From: Octopus bimaculoides | Taxonomy: Eukaryota | NCBI RefSeq assembly: GCF_001194135.2 | Contig: NC_068993.1 | Span: 44,940,985 to 45,004,984 of the forward strand | Length of the DNA: 64,000 bases | Direction of reading: 5' to 3' | Part shown: in pieces, positions 50,649 to 64,000 of the stretch | Layout of the letters: each line of letters begins with the position of its first letter | Position numbering within the stretch: position 1 is the first letter of the stretch | The notes under the pieces: generated by a model | What the model was told of the DNA's origin: nothing | The model's database searches: none | What the model saw: only the letters and a program-made list of their open reading frames with translations | Made by a program: the position numbers and the translations under genes

Positions 50649-50803
50649 CGAGCCTGGAAGATTTGTATGCATTCCAATTCAAAATTAATGAAGGCATGCC
50701 ACAAAATCATGGATGGGAAATGTTCAATTTCCGAATGGAGTATGACCGTATGGATGTACCAAACAATAAATGGGTACTGACTAACATCAACAAAGATTAT
50801 GAG
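50649..50803 (+). CDS. MTMR6: MTMR6/7/8 coding exon 4: (A)SLEDLYAFQFKINEGMPQNHGWEMFNFRMEYDRMDVPNNKWVLTNINKDYE
   Basis: 155 nt, phase 1/0 (G+CG = Ala across the junction), CTGCAG acceptor, GTCAGT donor. EDLYAF, GW and EYxRMxVPNxxW motifs of myotubularins. Confidence 0.95.
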
Positions 50804-52833
50804 GTCAGTATTTCAATTTCACTCCAAGTCAATCTCTGTTAACTTCGTTTTTCATCTTTTCCTCTTCCTCTTGGTTTAGGGTTCAATTATCTCGTCTTTT
50901 ACTTGTTTCAGTCATAGGACTGCGACCATGCTGGAGCACTGCTTTGAACTGTTTAGTCAAACAAATCATCCCTATCATCACCATCAAACATCCATTTTAC
51001 ATGCTGGTATGGGTTGGACAATTTGAAGAGAACTGGTTAGGCCAGGGGCTGTACCAGGTTCCATTGTCTGTTTTGCTATGATTTCTGTGGTTGGATGCCC
51101 TTCCTAATGCCAACCACTTTACAGAGTGTACTGGGTGTTTTTTTACATGGCACCATCACTAGTGCTTTTTATGTGGCACCAGCACTTTTCACGTGACACC
51201 AGCAACAGTGCTTTTTATGTGGCACCAGTGCCAACAGGGTCACCAAGTAGTTTTCAAGACAAAACCCCTACTTCTTATTAAGTCTGGTACTTATTCTATC
51301 AGTCCCTTTTGCCAAACTGCTAAATTATGGGGATGTAAACAAACCAACACCAGTTGTCACGTGATGTTGGTGGGAGTGGGGGGGAAGCAAACACAGAAAC
51401 ATTCATATATACATGAGTTTCCATCTACCAGATTTACTCACAAGGCGTTGGTCAGCCTAGGGCTATAACAGAAGACACTTGCCCAAGATGTCATGTAGTG
51501 AATTAGAACTTGAAACCATGTGAATGCAAAGCAAGCTTTTTGACTACACAGCTATGCTTGTGCCTATGAGCCATGCTTGCACCTATGAACCATATTTGCA
51601 CCTATTCCTAAAAAGAAAAAAAAGTAATTTCTTGCTTATGTTTCTATTGCTGCTGCTGTTGATGATGATGGTAATATTGATGGTGATGATCATTTGGAGG
51701 TTATAATACTGTTTTTTTTATGTTGTATTTGTTTAGCCCCAGGTCAACCCTGATCCGACAGACCTGTGACCAAAAGATGTTCCAATCACGAATAATGTTT
51801 TTGCGTGTTTATTATTTTTTTTACTTATTTCAGTCATTCAATTGCAAATCCATGCTGGAGCATGGCTTTGCAGGGGTCAGTCAGTTAAATTGACAACCCA
51901 CCCCACAATGCTTATTTAAAGTCTAGTACTTATTCTGTCAGAGTCTTTTTGTCAAACCACTAAGCTACGGAGATGTAAACAAACCAGCACTGGTTGTCAA
52001 ATTGGTAAGAGATAAACACAAAGATAGATGTTTGTGTGTGCATGCATACACACACAGACACAAGTTCACTTTCTCTTTCTCTCTCTCTCACTCTCACTCT
52101 ATCTCACTCTCACTCTCTTTCACACACGTATGCTCACATTCTCTCTCTCTCTCTCACACACGCATGATGGGCTTCTACACGGTTTCCATCTACCAAATTT
52201 ACTCACAAGGCATTTATCAGCCTAGGGCTATAGTAGAAAGCACTTGCCCAAGGTGTCACACAGTGGGATTGAACCTGAAACCATTTGGTTGCAAAGTGAA
52301 CTTCTTAACTACACGCTTACACACATGATGAAATTATTCAATACATCCTTCCTTTTTTTAGGCATTAGGGTGTGATCAAGGTCGATGTAGATTGGTTGGT
52401 AGCTATTTCTAGCACTTGAATAACCATATACAAGCTCTCTCACTGGCTACACTATTTCTGATGCTGCTGTTATTGTTTAGGACTAGGTCATAAATGATCA
52501 AATAGATCTTTGATCAAAGGAATTCCAGCCATGACCATCTCATCTTTTTCCTGTGTGCTGGGAACCCAGGACCATGATATCTAACATACCCTTTTTCAAG
52601 ATAGTAAAGTGTGATTTGATAGACAGCTGCTATTTCTAGCAGGTCTAGTGATATAGAATCTCCCATGTTGGCTTGTGTTTCTGCTATTCTTTGGCAACAG
52701 TAGTGGCAATATTTTGCTATCATTGCAGCAAATGATGATGATGATATTGCGATTGTGTAATTTATGATGATGATGATGATAATGGTGATATTGTTGCCAT
52801 AGTAACACCACCGCCACCACCATCACCACCACC

Positions 52834-52880
<47 letters not shown>

Positions 52881-52943
52881 CAACAACAACAACAAAACTA
52901 CTATTTCGACTGCCATCACTACTACTACCATACCACCACCACC

Positions 52944-52995
<52 letters not shown>

Positions 52996-54196
52996 ACAAC
53001 AACAACAACAAAACTACTATTTCGACTGCCACCATACCACTGCTACTACCATATCACCACCACCACTACTACTATCACCTCCACCCTCTGCTGCTGCTGC
53101 TACTACTACTACTACTACTACTACTGGCAGTCTTGTATCATTTGTGTTACCAATGTCACTATTGCAGAGATTGTGACTGTCATTGGTTACATAATATTGT
53201 TCCTGCTGTGATTGTTGATGTCATTGCAGTTTTTGTTGTTGTTGTTGTTCAATTTTGCTTCTACAAATACTATTTCTGCTGCTGTTGGCATGGCTACAAC
53301 TACTGAAATAACTGCCACGATATCAGAAGTGTTACTCTGACTCTAGTAGAAACAACCTACTATAATCCGACTTGTACCAACTTCAAATTCATACGGAATC
53401 ATCATGCTGAATGTCTTGAAGTGGTGTGGCATACTCTCATACATAGACTCTCCATAGATATGCTAACAATACAACACTAATATCATACACCACCACCACC
53501 ACCATCATTGTTTTAATGCCCACTTTTCCATACTTGCATGCGTCAGACGGAATTTGTTGAGGCAGATTTTCTATGGTGGGATGCTCGTCCTGTTGCCAGC
53601 CCTTACCTGTTTCCAAGCTGGGTAATATTTCCCCATGGCTAGACATGTTTTCTGCAGAAGACTGGAGGTGAACAATCTTGTTTGTATGACTATGGTGCAT
53701 GCTCATTTACAACCAATCACATGATCTCTATGCAAAGGTGCACACAAACACTGAAACACACACACACACACATCATGGGATTCTTTCAGTTTCTATCAAA
53801 TCCACTCACAAGAATCCCATGAGCTGTTGTAGAAGACACTTACTGAAGGTGCTGTACAGCAGGACTGATCTCAAGACCACATGGTTGAGAAGCAAGCATC
53901 TTAGCTCCACAGCTATGCCTGCACCTAGGCATGTCTATATCATTAACAAGTAGAAAGAAAAATACATTATATCACATTTATTTTAGATGTTTCATTGAAG
54001 TAAATCAGTGAGACAAAGCAAAATAGAAGGCCCTGCCACACTTCAATGGCTTTTAAGTAGAACCCATCAAAGATTTTGTAATGATATTTAATGCATCTTT
54101 GTCTTTGTTGTTTAAGCACATGCTATTGGCCTCTCTTAGCTCATTTTCATTTATTTATATGTATGTATGTATGTACGTACGCATGTATGTATATAT

Positions 54197-54231
<35 letters not shown>

Positions 54232-54490
54232 ATCACATGATGTTTATATCTTTGTATTTTTGTTTTTCTGTCACTACTTTACTGCGTTGATTTGTTTCTG
54301 TCTCCATAACTTAATGGTTTGCCAAGAGAAAAAAAAAAAAAGTCACTGGAGCTGATTTAGTCAGCTAAAATACTTCAAGGTGGCACTCCAGCATAGTTGT
54401 AATCCAATGACTGAAACAATTAAATAGGAATATGTTGAGTATATAAACAGTTTGGCTGCTTGTTTCTCTGGAGACTGTCAGAATGATGTA

Positions 54491-54541
54491 GACGCCTCTG
54501 ATGAGAACCCAATAAGGTTCGAAAAGCAATTAAGATTGTTC
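54491..54541 (+). ncRNA. Degenerate minimal hammerhead-ribozyme motif (probable Penelope-like element terminal repeat relic)
   Basis: CTGATGA (54498-54504), stem II GAACC-caataa-GGTTC (54505-54520), GAAA (54521-54524). Stems I and III are only imperfect. Confidence 0.45.
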
Positions 54542-56419
54542 ATCTGTGGAAAAATGGCTAAAAGTTGCCCTGTTTATAATCATACCATATGTTACATGTA
54601 TATATTGTCATAAGTTTTTCTTATGTCCACTTCCCTTGTTGGCAGGATTTGGACAGTTGGATAGGATCTGATGCGTTAGAAGACCACATTTTGCCACACT
54701 GTCTCAGTTTTGGTATGGTTTCTTCAACTGGATGCCCTTCCTAACATCAATCACTTTACAATGTGTGCTGGGTGTATTTCTAAGTGGCACCAGCACTATA
54801 GATGTTGCCTTGCTCATGACAAAACTGAAGAGTCCTCTCAGTGCTGTGTTGCATCTGCTTGATTTGCCAACCACTCAACTGAGCATTACTCATCAGCATT
54901 ACTGAGGTCACCCTTGTGTCTTGCGAGATCAAAGACCCTGCAGGGCTAAAATGTGAAACTGGAGGGAGAAGGATGACATTAGGCAAGAGGTTTGGAGAAG
55001 TTAATATACGATGGGGGAAAGATAAAAGATATGTTTGTGTGTGTGTGTGTGTATGTGTGTGTGCGTATATATACACACACACATCTATTCTACTTATTCC
55101 CTTTCTCAAGCATCCACCCATCTCTGTATTCAGTCTTCACCACCCCCATGCCCACCGTGTGACTTATATTCTGTCATGGCTTATAATATTACAGGACAGA
55201 AATATTTTCATAAAATCAAATCAAGACAGCAATGGCATTCTCTCACTATTTGCCGATTCCAGACAATAAGTCTGTACGCATCTTTTGTCACTAATTATAA
55301 CATTGATGATGATGGTGATGGTGGTAGTGGTGGTGGTGGTGATGGTGGTGGTAGTGGTGGTGGTAGTGGTGGTGGTGGCAATGGTATAGATGAATAACAA
55401 GCTGAGCAAGCGTCAGTAAAAATGTCAGTTTTCCTATATGATAGATATATTTATTTATCCTCTTCTACACACACATACACATGCTACAAGTCTCCTTCTC
55501 TCTCTCATTTGTTTTATGTATCTCTCTTCTCTCCCCCCCCTCTCTATCTATATCTTTGTTTATTCTCTATTCCTATTGATCTTTCCTATACAACGTAGGG
55601 GTATGTGCTTATGTGTGTGTGTGTGTGCATATCCATGTGTGTACTTGTGTATTTTTGTGTGCCTATGCCCACCTTGCTTATCTCCTTTCTATCAAATCAA
55701 TTATCCTATTTCATTCCAACATTGTGTATTTGTGAGTATATCATTTTATCATCATATATATAGATATATATATAATATCATATAATTTATATTACATTTA
55801 TATATATTATTATATATAATACACATTATTATGTATTATATATGTTACACTATACATATGTGTGTGTGTGTGTGTGTATTCACACTTACATTAATTAATC
55901 AAATGGGTTTGTGTTTACCATCACCATAATTTTACATTTGAACGGGCTACGTTGTTTGGGAAAATGGAGGCAGTGACTGATGAATTTTCTGCAATGGCGA
56001 GCATTGGGTATGACATCTTTCTGTACTACCTGATTAAATATGTGAATAAATAGTGCATGTCATACTCTACCAGCTATTTCCATTTTCCATTGCATTGCTA
56101 CGACATAGCTTCAGATTCAGCTTCACCGTGTGGTACCTCAGGCAACTGTCTTCTACAATAGCCTCATGCTAACCTGTGCCTTGTGAGTGAATTTAGTAGA
56201 TGGAAACTGTGTAGAAGCCCATCATGTGTGTTTGTGTTTGTTCCTCACAACCACTTAGCAAACGGTGCTGATTTGTTTACATCCCTATTACTTAGCAGTT
56301 CAAGATAAGTACCAGACTTGAAAGTAAGTACTGGGGTCGATTTGTTCAACTAAACCCTTCAAGGCAGAGCCCCAGCATGACCACAGTCCAATGACTGAAA
56401 CTAGTAAAAGATGAAGGAT

Positions 56420-57330
56420 AGAACAAACCCTGATGATCTGGCTGCTTCCCCTTACTTCATGTCCTTCATGGCCATTTTGATCATATACCTGTTGATTTCA
56501 ATAACTTGTTCCTCTGTTGGATCTCACACGAAGCAATTCTTCATTCTACCATGAATTCTCCTCATTCAGTAACCTCTTGTAACAGTATTTCCACAACCCA
56601 CTCCTTATTAATGTCAATGGCAAGTGCACTGTAATCATTACATGAATACTCCACCCACAGTGTCCTGATTTATACAGACACACTGCTTTGCAATCTCTGC
56701 ATACCTCATGCCTATAATTCTCATGTATAAGCCCTTAATTTCCACTTCTTACCTTGCTATTCATCTAGTTTCTCTTCTAGCTACCTAACAATGAAGATCT
56801 CTGCAGAACAACTTTGTTGATACTGAGCTGGCACTTGGAACTTAAATCAACATAAAACCTTGATGGAAGATTTTACTTTAAAATTTAAATCACTCCTGCC
56901 ACCACGCCCCTGCCAAAACATATTACCGCCCTGCCCCAATCAGTTTTGGAGACATTGAAGAAGTCATCAAAATAACCCATAGCTCCCTACCTCTTCTTCC
57001 ATTATTCCAAGCCTGTTTTCTTATCCTTTATAACATTTCACCATCCTGTCACATTCCACCTGACTGGGACCTCCTTTGTCTTTCCACAAATTTTAGTCTG
57101 TGGCCTTCAACATGTCTTATAGTAATTCTTGTAGGCTTCTATACTTTAACATATGATATATGCATCACTACATCTTTGAATCTACATCTGACCAAACTGA
57201 GGAATCTTTCAAATTTTATACCCTCCTTCTGTAGGTCATCTTGTCCAGATCCATCTGGCTATTACCCAGATATCACTAATCACTGGTTTATGTTGAGTGG
57301 TATGTTCTTCACTGGGAAAAAACAAAAATT
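56420..57330 (-). mobile_element. Fragmented old RTE ORF2 relic
   Basis: Minus strand pieces resemble PGEECTPQHRLVVSD (57330-57290), a YADD-region/LEEKL...KGL segment and the RTE Cys-rich motif; heavily mutated. Confidence 0.45.
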
Positions 57331-57528
57331 TAGTAAAAAAACTGTCAATCCTTTTCCACCCTCTCTCTCTCATGTGTGCATGTGTATGCATGCAAACATA
57401 CACATGTAAGTGTATGTGTGCAAGCACACACATAAATAATTGATTTCATTGAACTCATATTTTATCTGCCTAGCATTCTGTCAACATAATTATCTAACAG
57501 TCTCTCTCTTCTGTTTGCATGTAATGTA

Positions 57529-57567
<39 letters not shown>

Positions 57568-58640
57568 ACCTATGTACATATATTACACATATTAGAGCAT
57601 GAATAAAATGCTTTAGGATATTCATTCTCGCCCTGTATGCTCTGAGTTCACCTTGCCTTCATTCCTTCCAGGTCAAAAAAAATTAAACATGACTCAGTAT
57701 TTCTTCTCACACCACTCTCTTCTCTCTGTCTGTCTCTCTTTCTTTCTCTGAACAGCAAGGCTTGTATGACAGTGATGCTCATTTACAATAATCACATGAT
57801 GTCAAATCAAGGATATATATGTACACACACATGCAGATATAATGGGCTTCTTTCAGTTTCCTTGTACTAAATCCACTAACAAGGTTTTTGTTGACCTGGT
57901 GCTATGTCAGAAGTCACTTTCCTCTGGTTATGTGCAGTGGGACTGAACCCAAGACCACATGATTGGGAAGCGAACTTCTTAACCACATATTAGCACACAC
58001 CTAAATCATTTACATCAGCTAGAGCAATTCTAAATATCAAAAAAAGAAAGAAAAAAAAAACTTCTTCCCTGTCTTGTTTCCAATAGAACCTTTGTTCTTT
58101 CACTACTATAACAGTTTGAAGATTCTTTTGTCTAGAATAAAGCCAGTGTCACTGTGAGGCCTTGAATGGATGTAGATACAAGAACATCTGGTTGCTGTTT
58201 CTAACAAATTGAGTGACTGCATAGAGGCTTTTTTTGTTGACTCATAACTTACAGCTATTTCTTTATTACTAAAATAATAGTCTTTTTTCTGTTATCCTCA
58301 CACTCTGACCATCCTTTAGCACTCTCTTTACTATTCACAGAAGACAAGACAGTATACAGTAGACTCTTTTGTCTTGCTGGGGAAAGACAATCTCTCTAGT
58401 GTTGGTGCCATTATAAATTACATCCTGAAAAGTGGTTGTTGACAGGCAGAACATCTATCCATTTATCCATAGAAACTTTGTCAAAAATATGGATTATATA
58501 AGCAGCACATGTTCTATGGCCCATCTAGGATAGCAGTAATACTTAGTAAGAGCTGACTCCAACCATGACAGTCTATTCAACTCTTACCAGCATGAAGAAA
58601 CAAATGTAAAATTGATGATGATATATATTCATGTGTGTGT

Positions 58641-58682
<42 letters not shown>

Positions 58683-61681
58683 ATTAAATATCACCACTGC
58701 TGTGGCTGCTACCACCACTACCTTTTCTTTCTCATCATCATTACTCTCCTCCTCTTTTTCTTCCTCCTGCACGTGGAAGGTTAATTATTGCTGAATTATA
58801 TGTTGACTGTTCTAATTCCCATTAGAAGTTTAATACTTTATAATTGACAGTTGTGATGTTACACTAGCTGTAATAGATATCCCCCACCACTAATTACAAG
58901 TTTATTTATCCAAGAGGGTCAGCTTCAATTTCAGTAATAATATAATAGCTGTCAGTCATGAGCCAACAAAAAAGCCTCTATGCAGTTGCTCAATTTGTTA
59001 GAAATAGCAGCCAGATATCCTCAAATCAAATTCAACCACCTTAACACTTTAGCATTTAAACTGGCCATATCCCACCAAAATATTCGACTTGGTTTATGTT
59101 CAAGCTGATCACATCTGGCTTCTTACACCAACCCCACAATATCATTCTAAAAATTAGCAGGTACCTCATAAAAACCTCAAAATTATAAGATAATGTGTGA
59201 TTAATTCAAAGCAAAGTGGGGGCTTGAGTAGACCAATGACTCTGAGAGCAATACTGTTGGGAGTTCTAAACTCCTGGTAAGGCTATCCTTGGTATTGAGG
59301 TTAAGGACGAGGACCCAGAATAGGTGCAACCAACCCCCAAAGACTCCAATGGTGGAACAAACAGATTATGATTACAACAAATCTAAATGTCTGAACCAGC
59401 GGACAAAGAGGGCTACACATGATAGACTTGCTACTGAGGATGCCACTCAAAACTATAACTGGGTCAGTAACAGTCTGTTGCAGTTTCATAACTCGATCCT
59501 GCATGTTTCATTCTATATGTGGCACAGAGGAAGGTCATGAAACAAAGTATGTGGGTCACTTCTTGGCAAGTTGAGATCCACCTTAAACAAATCCACACCA
59601 TTGGCACTTTCTTCTATGATGACAACATTTGATAGAATAAATTTGAAAGATAAAAGATTTAAAAGAGAAAAATGAACACATTGGATAATTTTGACTATTT
59701 CTCTCTGTCTTCATGTGTCCTGCATATTGGTAATCATTGGGTAAGACACAAAAGTGGTTTGCTATTATCGTCTGCTGGTTTCTTCACCGTTCGCTCTGCT
59801 AGTTTTCTGCTCTCTTGAGCTTACCTTTGAGGCACAGGACTTATTTAATCCTTAGGTGGGAAAACTGTTGGTTTATTTGACATCAAGGCATGGTCACGTT
59901 CTGGTGGGCATGTGGGACACATGGCTAGGGTTCAGCTCTTCTCTGTCTTAGCTGTAGAACCATTTTCTGCTATTTGATCCATAACTGTTGCCCTTGACAT
60001 AAGTACGACCACCTCAGGTTAGAGCAGACCTAAGAGTAATGATAACTAAGGAATAGCTTCATACTTCTCCAAATTTCTGAACTGAAGCCTCTTTTAATCT
60101 GCAAATTATTTTCTGAATCCCAAATATCCATGGTAAGAGTGGTGATTGTTTCTGGTTTCCATGGCATTAAGTGGATGAAAGATAAATCTGTCTTTGCACA
60201 GAACGCTTCTCTATTGCAGATAGTTTTCTTTTTTTTCCAAAGAAGCTATTGTTTAATCATTGTTTGTCCAGCCTATACCAGTGTAGTTGCAAATTTAATC
60301 TACTGATCACATCAGATGTTCATTAGTTCAGATCTTACAACCAACAATGTGTTTGTGCCTCTCACTAAAGTCATGATGTTGTGCCTCTCAGCAAAATCAG
60401 TGAGCTGCAGTTCCAAACAAAGTGAACAAATCATGAAGAAAGCTTATGATTAACTCCTGCAAAAACATAGTCCCCTCCTCCTACTTTATTATTTAGTGTT
60501 TAGTAGCAAGGAATTCCAGACATAAGACCAAACCTCTTATGCAATCATGGAGGAAAATGGCAGACCAGTGTTTAAAATCTGATACTAAGCACTGACAACA
60601 ATGATGACATTGATAACTGTTTCAAATATTGGCACAAGGTTTGCAATATTAGGGGAGTAGGTTAGGGGATTACATTGGCCCCAGTGCTCAACTGGTACTT
60701 TATTTTATCAACTCAGGAATGATGAAAGGCAAAGTCAACCTTGGCAGAATTTGAATTTAGAGTGTAAACAGCTGAAAGAAATGCTGCTAAGCATTTTGCC
60801 TGGTGCAGTAACAATTCTGACAGCTTATCACCTTAATGATGACATGGATAATAAGAGCAGCAATATTGAATGAAGACTTGTTATTGCTTTATATTGAGTG
60901 ATTACTACCTTTATGTATTAATTGTCTCTTAAAGTATGGATTGTGTTTCAGTAGAAGCTGGTGATTGATTTCTTTCAATATATATAGAGAGGAAAACAAC
61001 TCATGGACAATAAACACTCAGTGTTTTGATTACATTAGATTGGGAAACAACTGTGGTTTTCACAAAGACCAAAAATCAATTTGCTATCGTTGGTAAAACT
61101 GACAGTTGCAAATAGGCCTGAAACCAAAGAAGTCCAGTTAATAAAACTGATACAGTTTCCCCTATGTCAATATCCTCTAAGTGTTCTTCAATGGAAACTA
61201 GTTTTTTTAATGTTCCCAGGATTTCCATATTGAAATTACAAGTATGACCCAGTGGTTAAGAAGCTCATTTGCAACCGTATGCTTTTGGATTCAAGTATCA
61301 CAGTATAGCATCCTAGGCAAATGTCTTCTACTATGCTTTGTGATGAATCTGGTAGATGGAAAACTATGTAGAAGCCTGTATGTGTGTGTGGGTGTGCCTT
61401 CGAGAACTGGTGCTAGTTTGTTTCCAACCTCATAAATTAGTAGTTTGACAAAAGTGATTGATAGAATAAGTATCAGACTTAAAAAATAATATTTGGGTCA
61501 ATTTGTTCAATTAAGTAATTCAAGGTAGTGTCCCAGCATGGCCACAGTCAAATGACTGAAACAAGTAACAGATAAAAGATATCTTTGGGCTTCACTTTCT
61601 TTTTTTTTAATCCTTAAAATACCAATGTTTGATTTATTAATTTTTCACTGAAATATTTATGTCAATGTTTTTGTTTTCCAG

Positions 61682-61810
61682 ATCTGTGATACTTATCCCC
61701 GCTTCTTGTACGTCCCAGCATCAGCTACCACACCAGTTCTTGTTGGTAGCTCTAAGTTCCGAAGTAGGGGCCGTCTTCCTGTATTGTCCTACTATCATCG
61801 AAACAATTCA
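61682..61810 (+). CDS. MTMR6: MTMR6/7/8 coding exon 5 (start of phosphatase domain): ICDTYPRFLYVPASATTPVLVGSSKFRSRGRLPVLSYYHRNNS
   Basis: 129 nt, phase 0/0, TTTTCCAG acceptor, GTAAGT donor. Diagnostic CxTYP...VP...GSSKFRSxGRxPVLSY myotubularin motif. Confidence 0.97.
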
Positions 61811-61961
61811 GTAAGTATTATATCTTTCTTGTAAGTTCAATATGAAACTGACAGAAAATTCAAGTGGATATCAAATTTAACCGTCTTACTTACCGATGTA
61901 CTTGTGTTTAAATGTAGCCACTTCTTCCCAACGTACAAAAAAAAGAGAAAAATTCTATTGC

Positions 61962-62118
61962 TAGGAGTGGCTGTCTGGTAAGTAGCTTGCTTACCAACTA
62001 CATGGTTCTTGGTTCAGTCCAACTGTGTGGCACCTTGGGCAAGTGTCTTCTACTATAGCCTCGGGCTGACCAAAGCCTTGTGAGTGGATTTAGCAGACAG
62101 AAACTGAAAGAAATCCAT

Positions 62119-62164
<46 letters not shown>

Positions 62165-62169
62165 CGTAT

Positions 62170-62205
<36 letters not shown>

Positions 62206-62415
62206 GTGTGTGTATATGTTTGTGTGTCTGTGTTTGTCCCTGCAACATTGCTTGACAACTGATGCTGGTTTATGTCCCCATAACTTAGCGGTTCAGCAAA
62301 AGAGAACAATAAAATAAGTACTAGGCTTACAAAGAATAAGTTCTGGGGTCGATTGGCTTGATTAAAAGCAGTGCTCCAGCATGGCTGCAGTCAAATAACT
62401 GAAACAAGTAAAAAA
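61962..62415 (+). mobile_element. SINE family A: tRNA-like head + GGCACCTTGGGCAAGTGTCTT core, central microsatellite, CAGCATGGC...GAAACAAGTAAAA tail
   Basis: Near-complete copy. Other copies at about 12373-12760(-), 14325-14470(+), 21131-21528(+), 25690-25835(-), 29016-29421(+), 31962-32110(+), 35945-36342(-), 39310-39915(+), 50890-51560(-), 51805-52320(-), 56095-56415(+), 57840-57990(-), 61245-61580(+), 63247-63390(+). Confidence 0.85.
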
Positions 62416-63968
62416 AATTAATAAAAGCCATATAGCTCCTCTACAGCAAAAACCTCATTCTGTTCTGGCCATTTTCTCAAATAATTTATCCTTGTTTATT
62501 CCTCATTGAAGTTGCCTCCTAGGGTTTGTGGTCTTGTAACCTGCATGGCGATCTCACTAGTGATGGTGACCCAGAAAAGAAAAAAAAAATGCACCCAGTC
62601 CATGCTGTGAAATGACTGGCTTTAAGGAAGGGAATCCAGCTGTAGGAAACTTGCCAAAACAAACGCTGGAGCATAATGCAGTCCTTGGAACTAGTAGATA
62701 TCCTGTCTAACTGTCCACCCCATACCAGCATAAAACATGGATGTTAAATGATGATTGCTCTCTTTCAGGATTTTCACTTAAAGCTCAGTTTCTATCCCCC
62801 CCCCTCCCCACAAAAAAAAAAGTGCAGAATTTCTCTGCTGATAACATTTTACATTTAAAATGATTATCAGTGATTGAACGTTCTTTGTAAAAGACTGATA
62901 TAAAAATTAAGCTACAGAACAGAATCATGGTGGAGAAGCTAATTAATCCATATGTATCTAATTACAGTTCCTTCTGTTAATTGGTTTAACATTTTTCCCA
63001 ATTACTGTTTCTACAAGCACTAATGTAATGGTCACAACATATAATCATTAACTGGTTGTGTTAGTAGCAGTAGATTACCATTATTTTTTTTTTGTGTGTA
63101 GAAACAGAGGTTTTTATGATTTCTTTGTGATAACTAACAAACACTTTGGTTTATGGTGCCCATTGTGTTCTAAAAAAAAAAATAATAAAAACTATTGAAA
63201 TTGGGGAGACCATCCTGTTGGAATTTTTTACTTTCAAATGTTTACAGGCGTAGGAGTGGCTGTGTGGTAAATAGCTTGCTTACCAACCACATGGTTCAGT
63301 CCCACTGCATGGCACATTGGACAAGTGTCTTCAACTATAGCCTCGGGCCGACCAAAGCCTTGTGAGTGGATTTGGTAGATGGAAACTAAAAGCTACTTAC
63401 CACACAGCCACTGCAGATTCCTAATGAAGAACATCACCTGTATGGCAGTGACACTTGTTTATAACAATTACATGATGTCAAAACAAGGAAACAGTAACAC
63501 ACACAGACACACATGCACACACTCTGTCTCTGTCTGTCTGTCTGTCTGTCTCTTTCTCTCTCTCAGTTCGTTTATGGGAAACGTTTTGAATTTGCATATA
63601 AAAGCTTCTGTTTTATTTTGCCAACTACAGACTAATAATACCAACTGGCAATAACTGTTTTTTGAGGTTGCACCAAGCTGTGTTGATATAATGTTGGATA
63701 AATATAGTTGGAATTTATAATATTTTAATGCATTACTATGCAAGTTTCGACAAATCACATGTTTCTTAAGATCATAGTCTGTGTTTCTGAGATGATTATC
63801 ATACAGTCCATAGTATCCATGGACATTGGGTGGATTATAGCTCATGTGTTCATTTCTCTGGGCGATATGACATTAATGTTGGAAACAGTGGATGTATAAC
63901 TGATTTTTGGAAATGCATGTAGCAATACATTAAAATATTTATAAATTCCATTCATGGATCATTATTAT

Positions 63969-64000
<32 letters not shown>

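Overview
AT-rich, microsatellite- and TE-dense eukaryotic genomic DNA, most likely from an octopus or other coleoid cephalopod. This is inferred from the repeat families and the draft-assembly N gaps at 10726-11270, 36100-36171 and 48566-49424. The only host gene I can support is a + strand myotubularin-related phosphatase of the MTMR6/7/8 subfamily. Four internal coding exons are present (16644-16760, 37352-37514, 50649-50803, 61682-61810), all AG/GT-bounded and phase-compatible. They encode the PH-GRAM domain and the start of the phosphatase domain. The short ATG exon lies upstream or in a gap, and the catalytic exons lie downstream of the window. The introns (20.6, 13.1 and 10.9 kb) are filled with several SINE families, RTE and Tx1-like LINE relics, a Mariner transposase relic, several MITE families and a Helentron-type (DINE-1/HINE-like) element. 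Nearly all entries in the ORF track are microsatellite or gap artefacts. I found no convincing new multi-gene system. The best leads are a decayed hammerhead-ribozyme core in intron 4, a roughly 180-bp-arm foldback palindrome and other dsRNA-forming inverted repeats in the pre-mRNA, and a genomic Tyr codon at a family-conserved Cys that A-to-I editing would restore. All family comparisons are from memory and were not database-checked.
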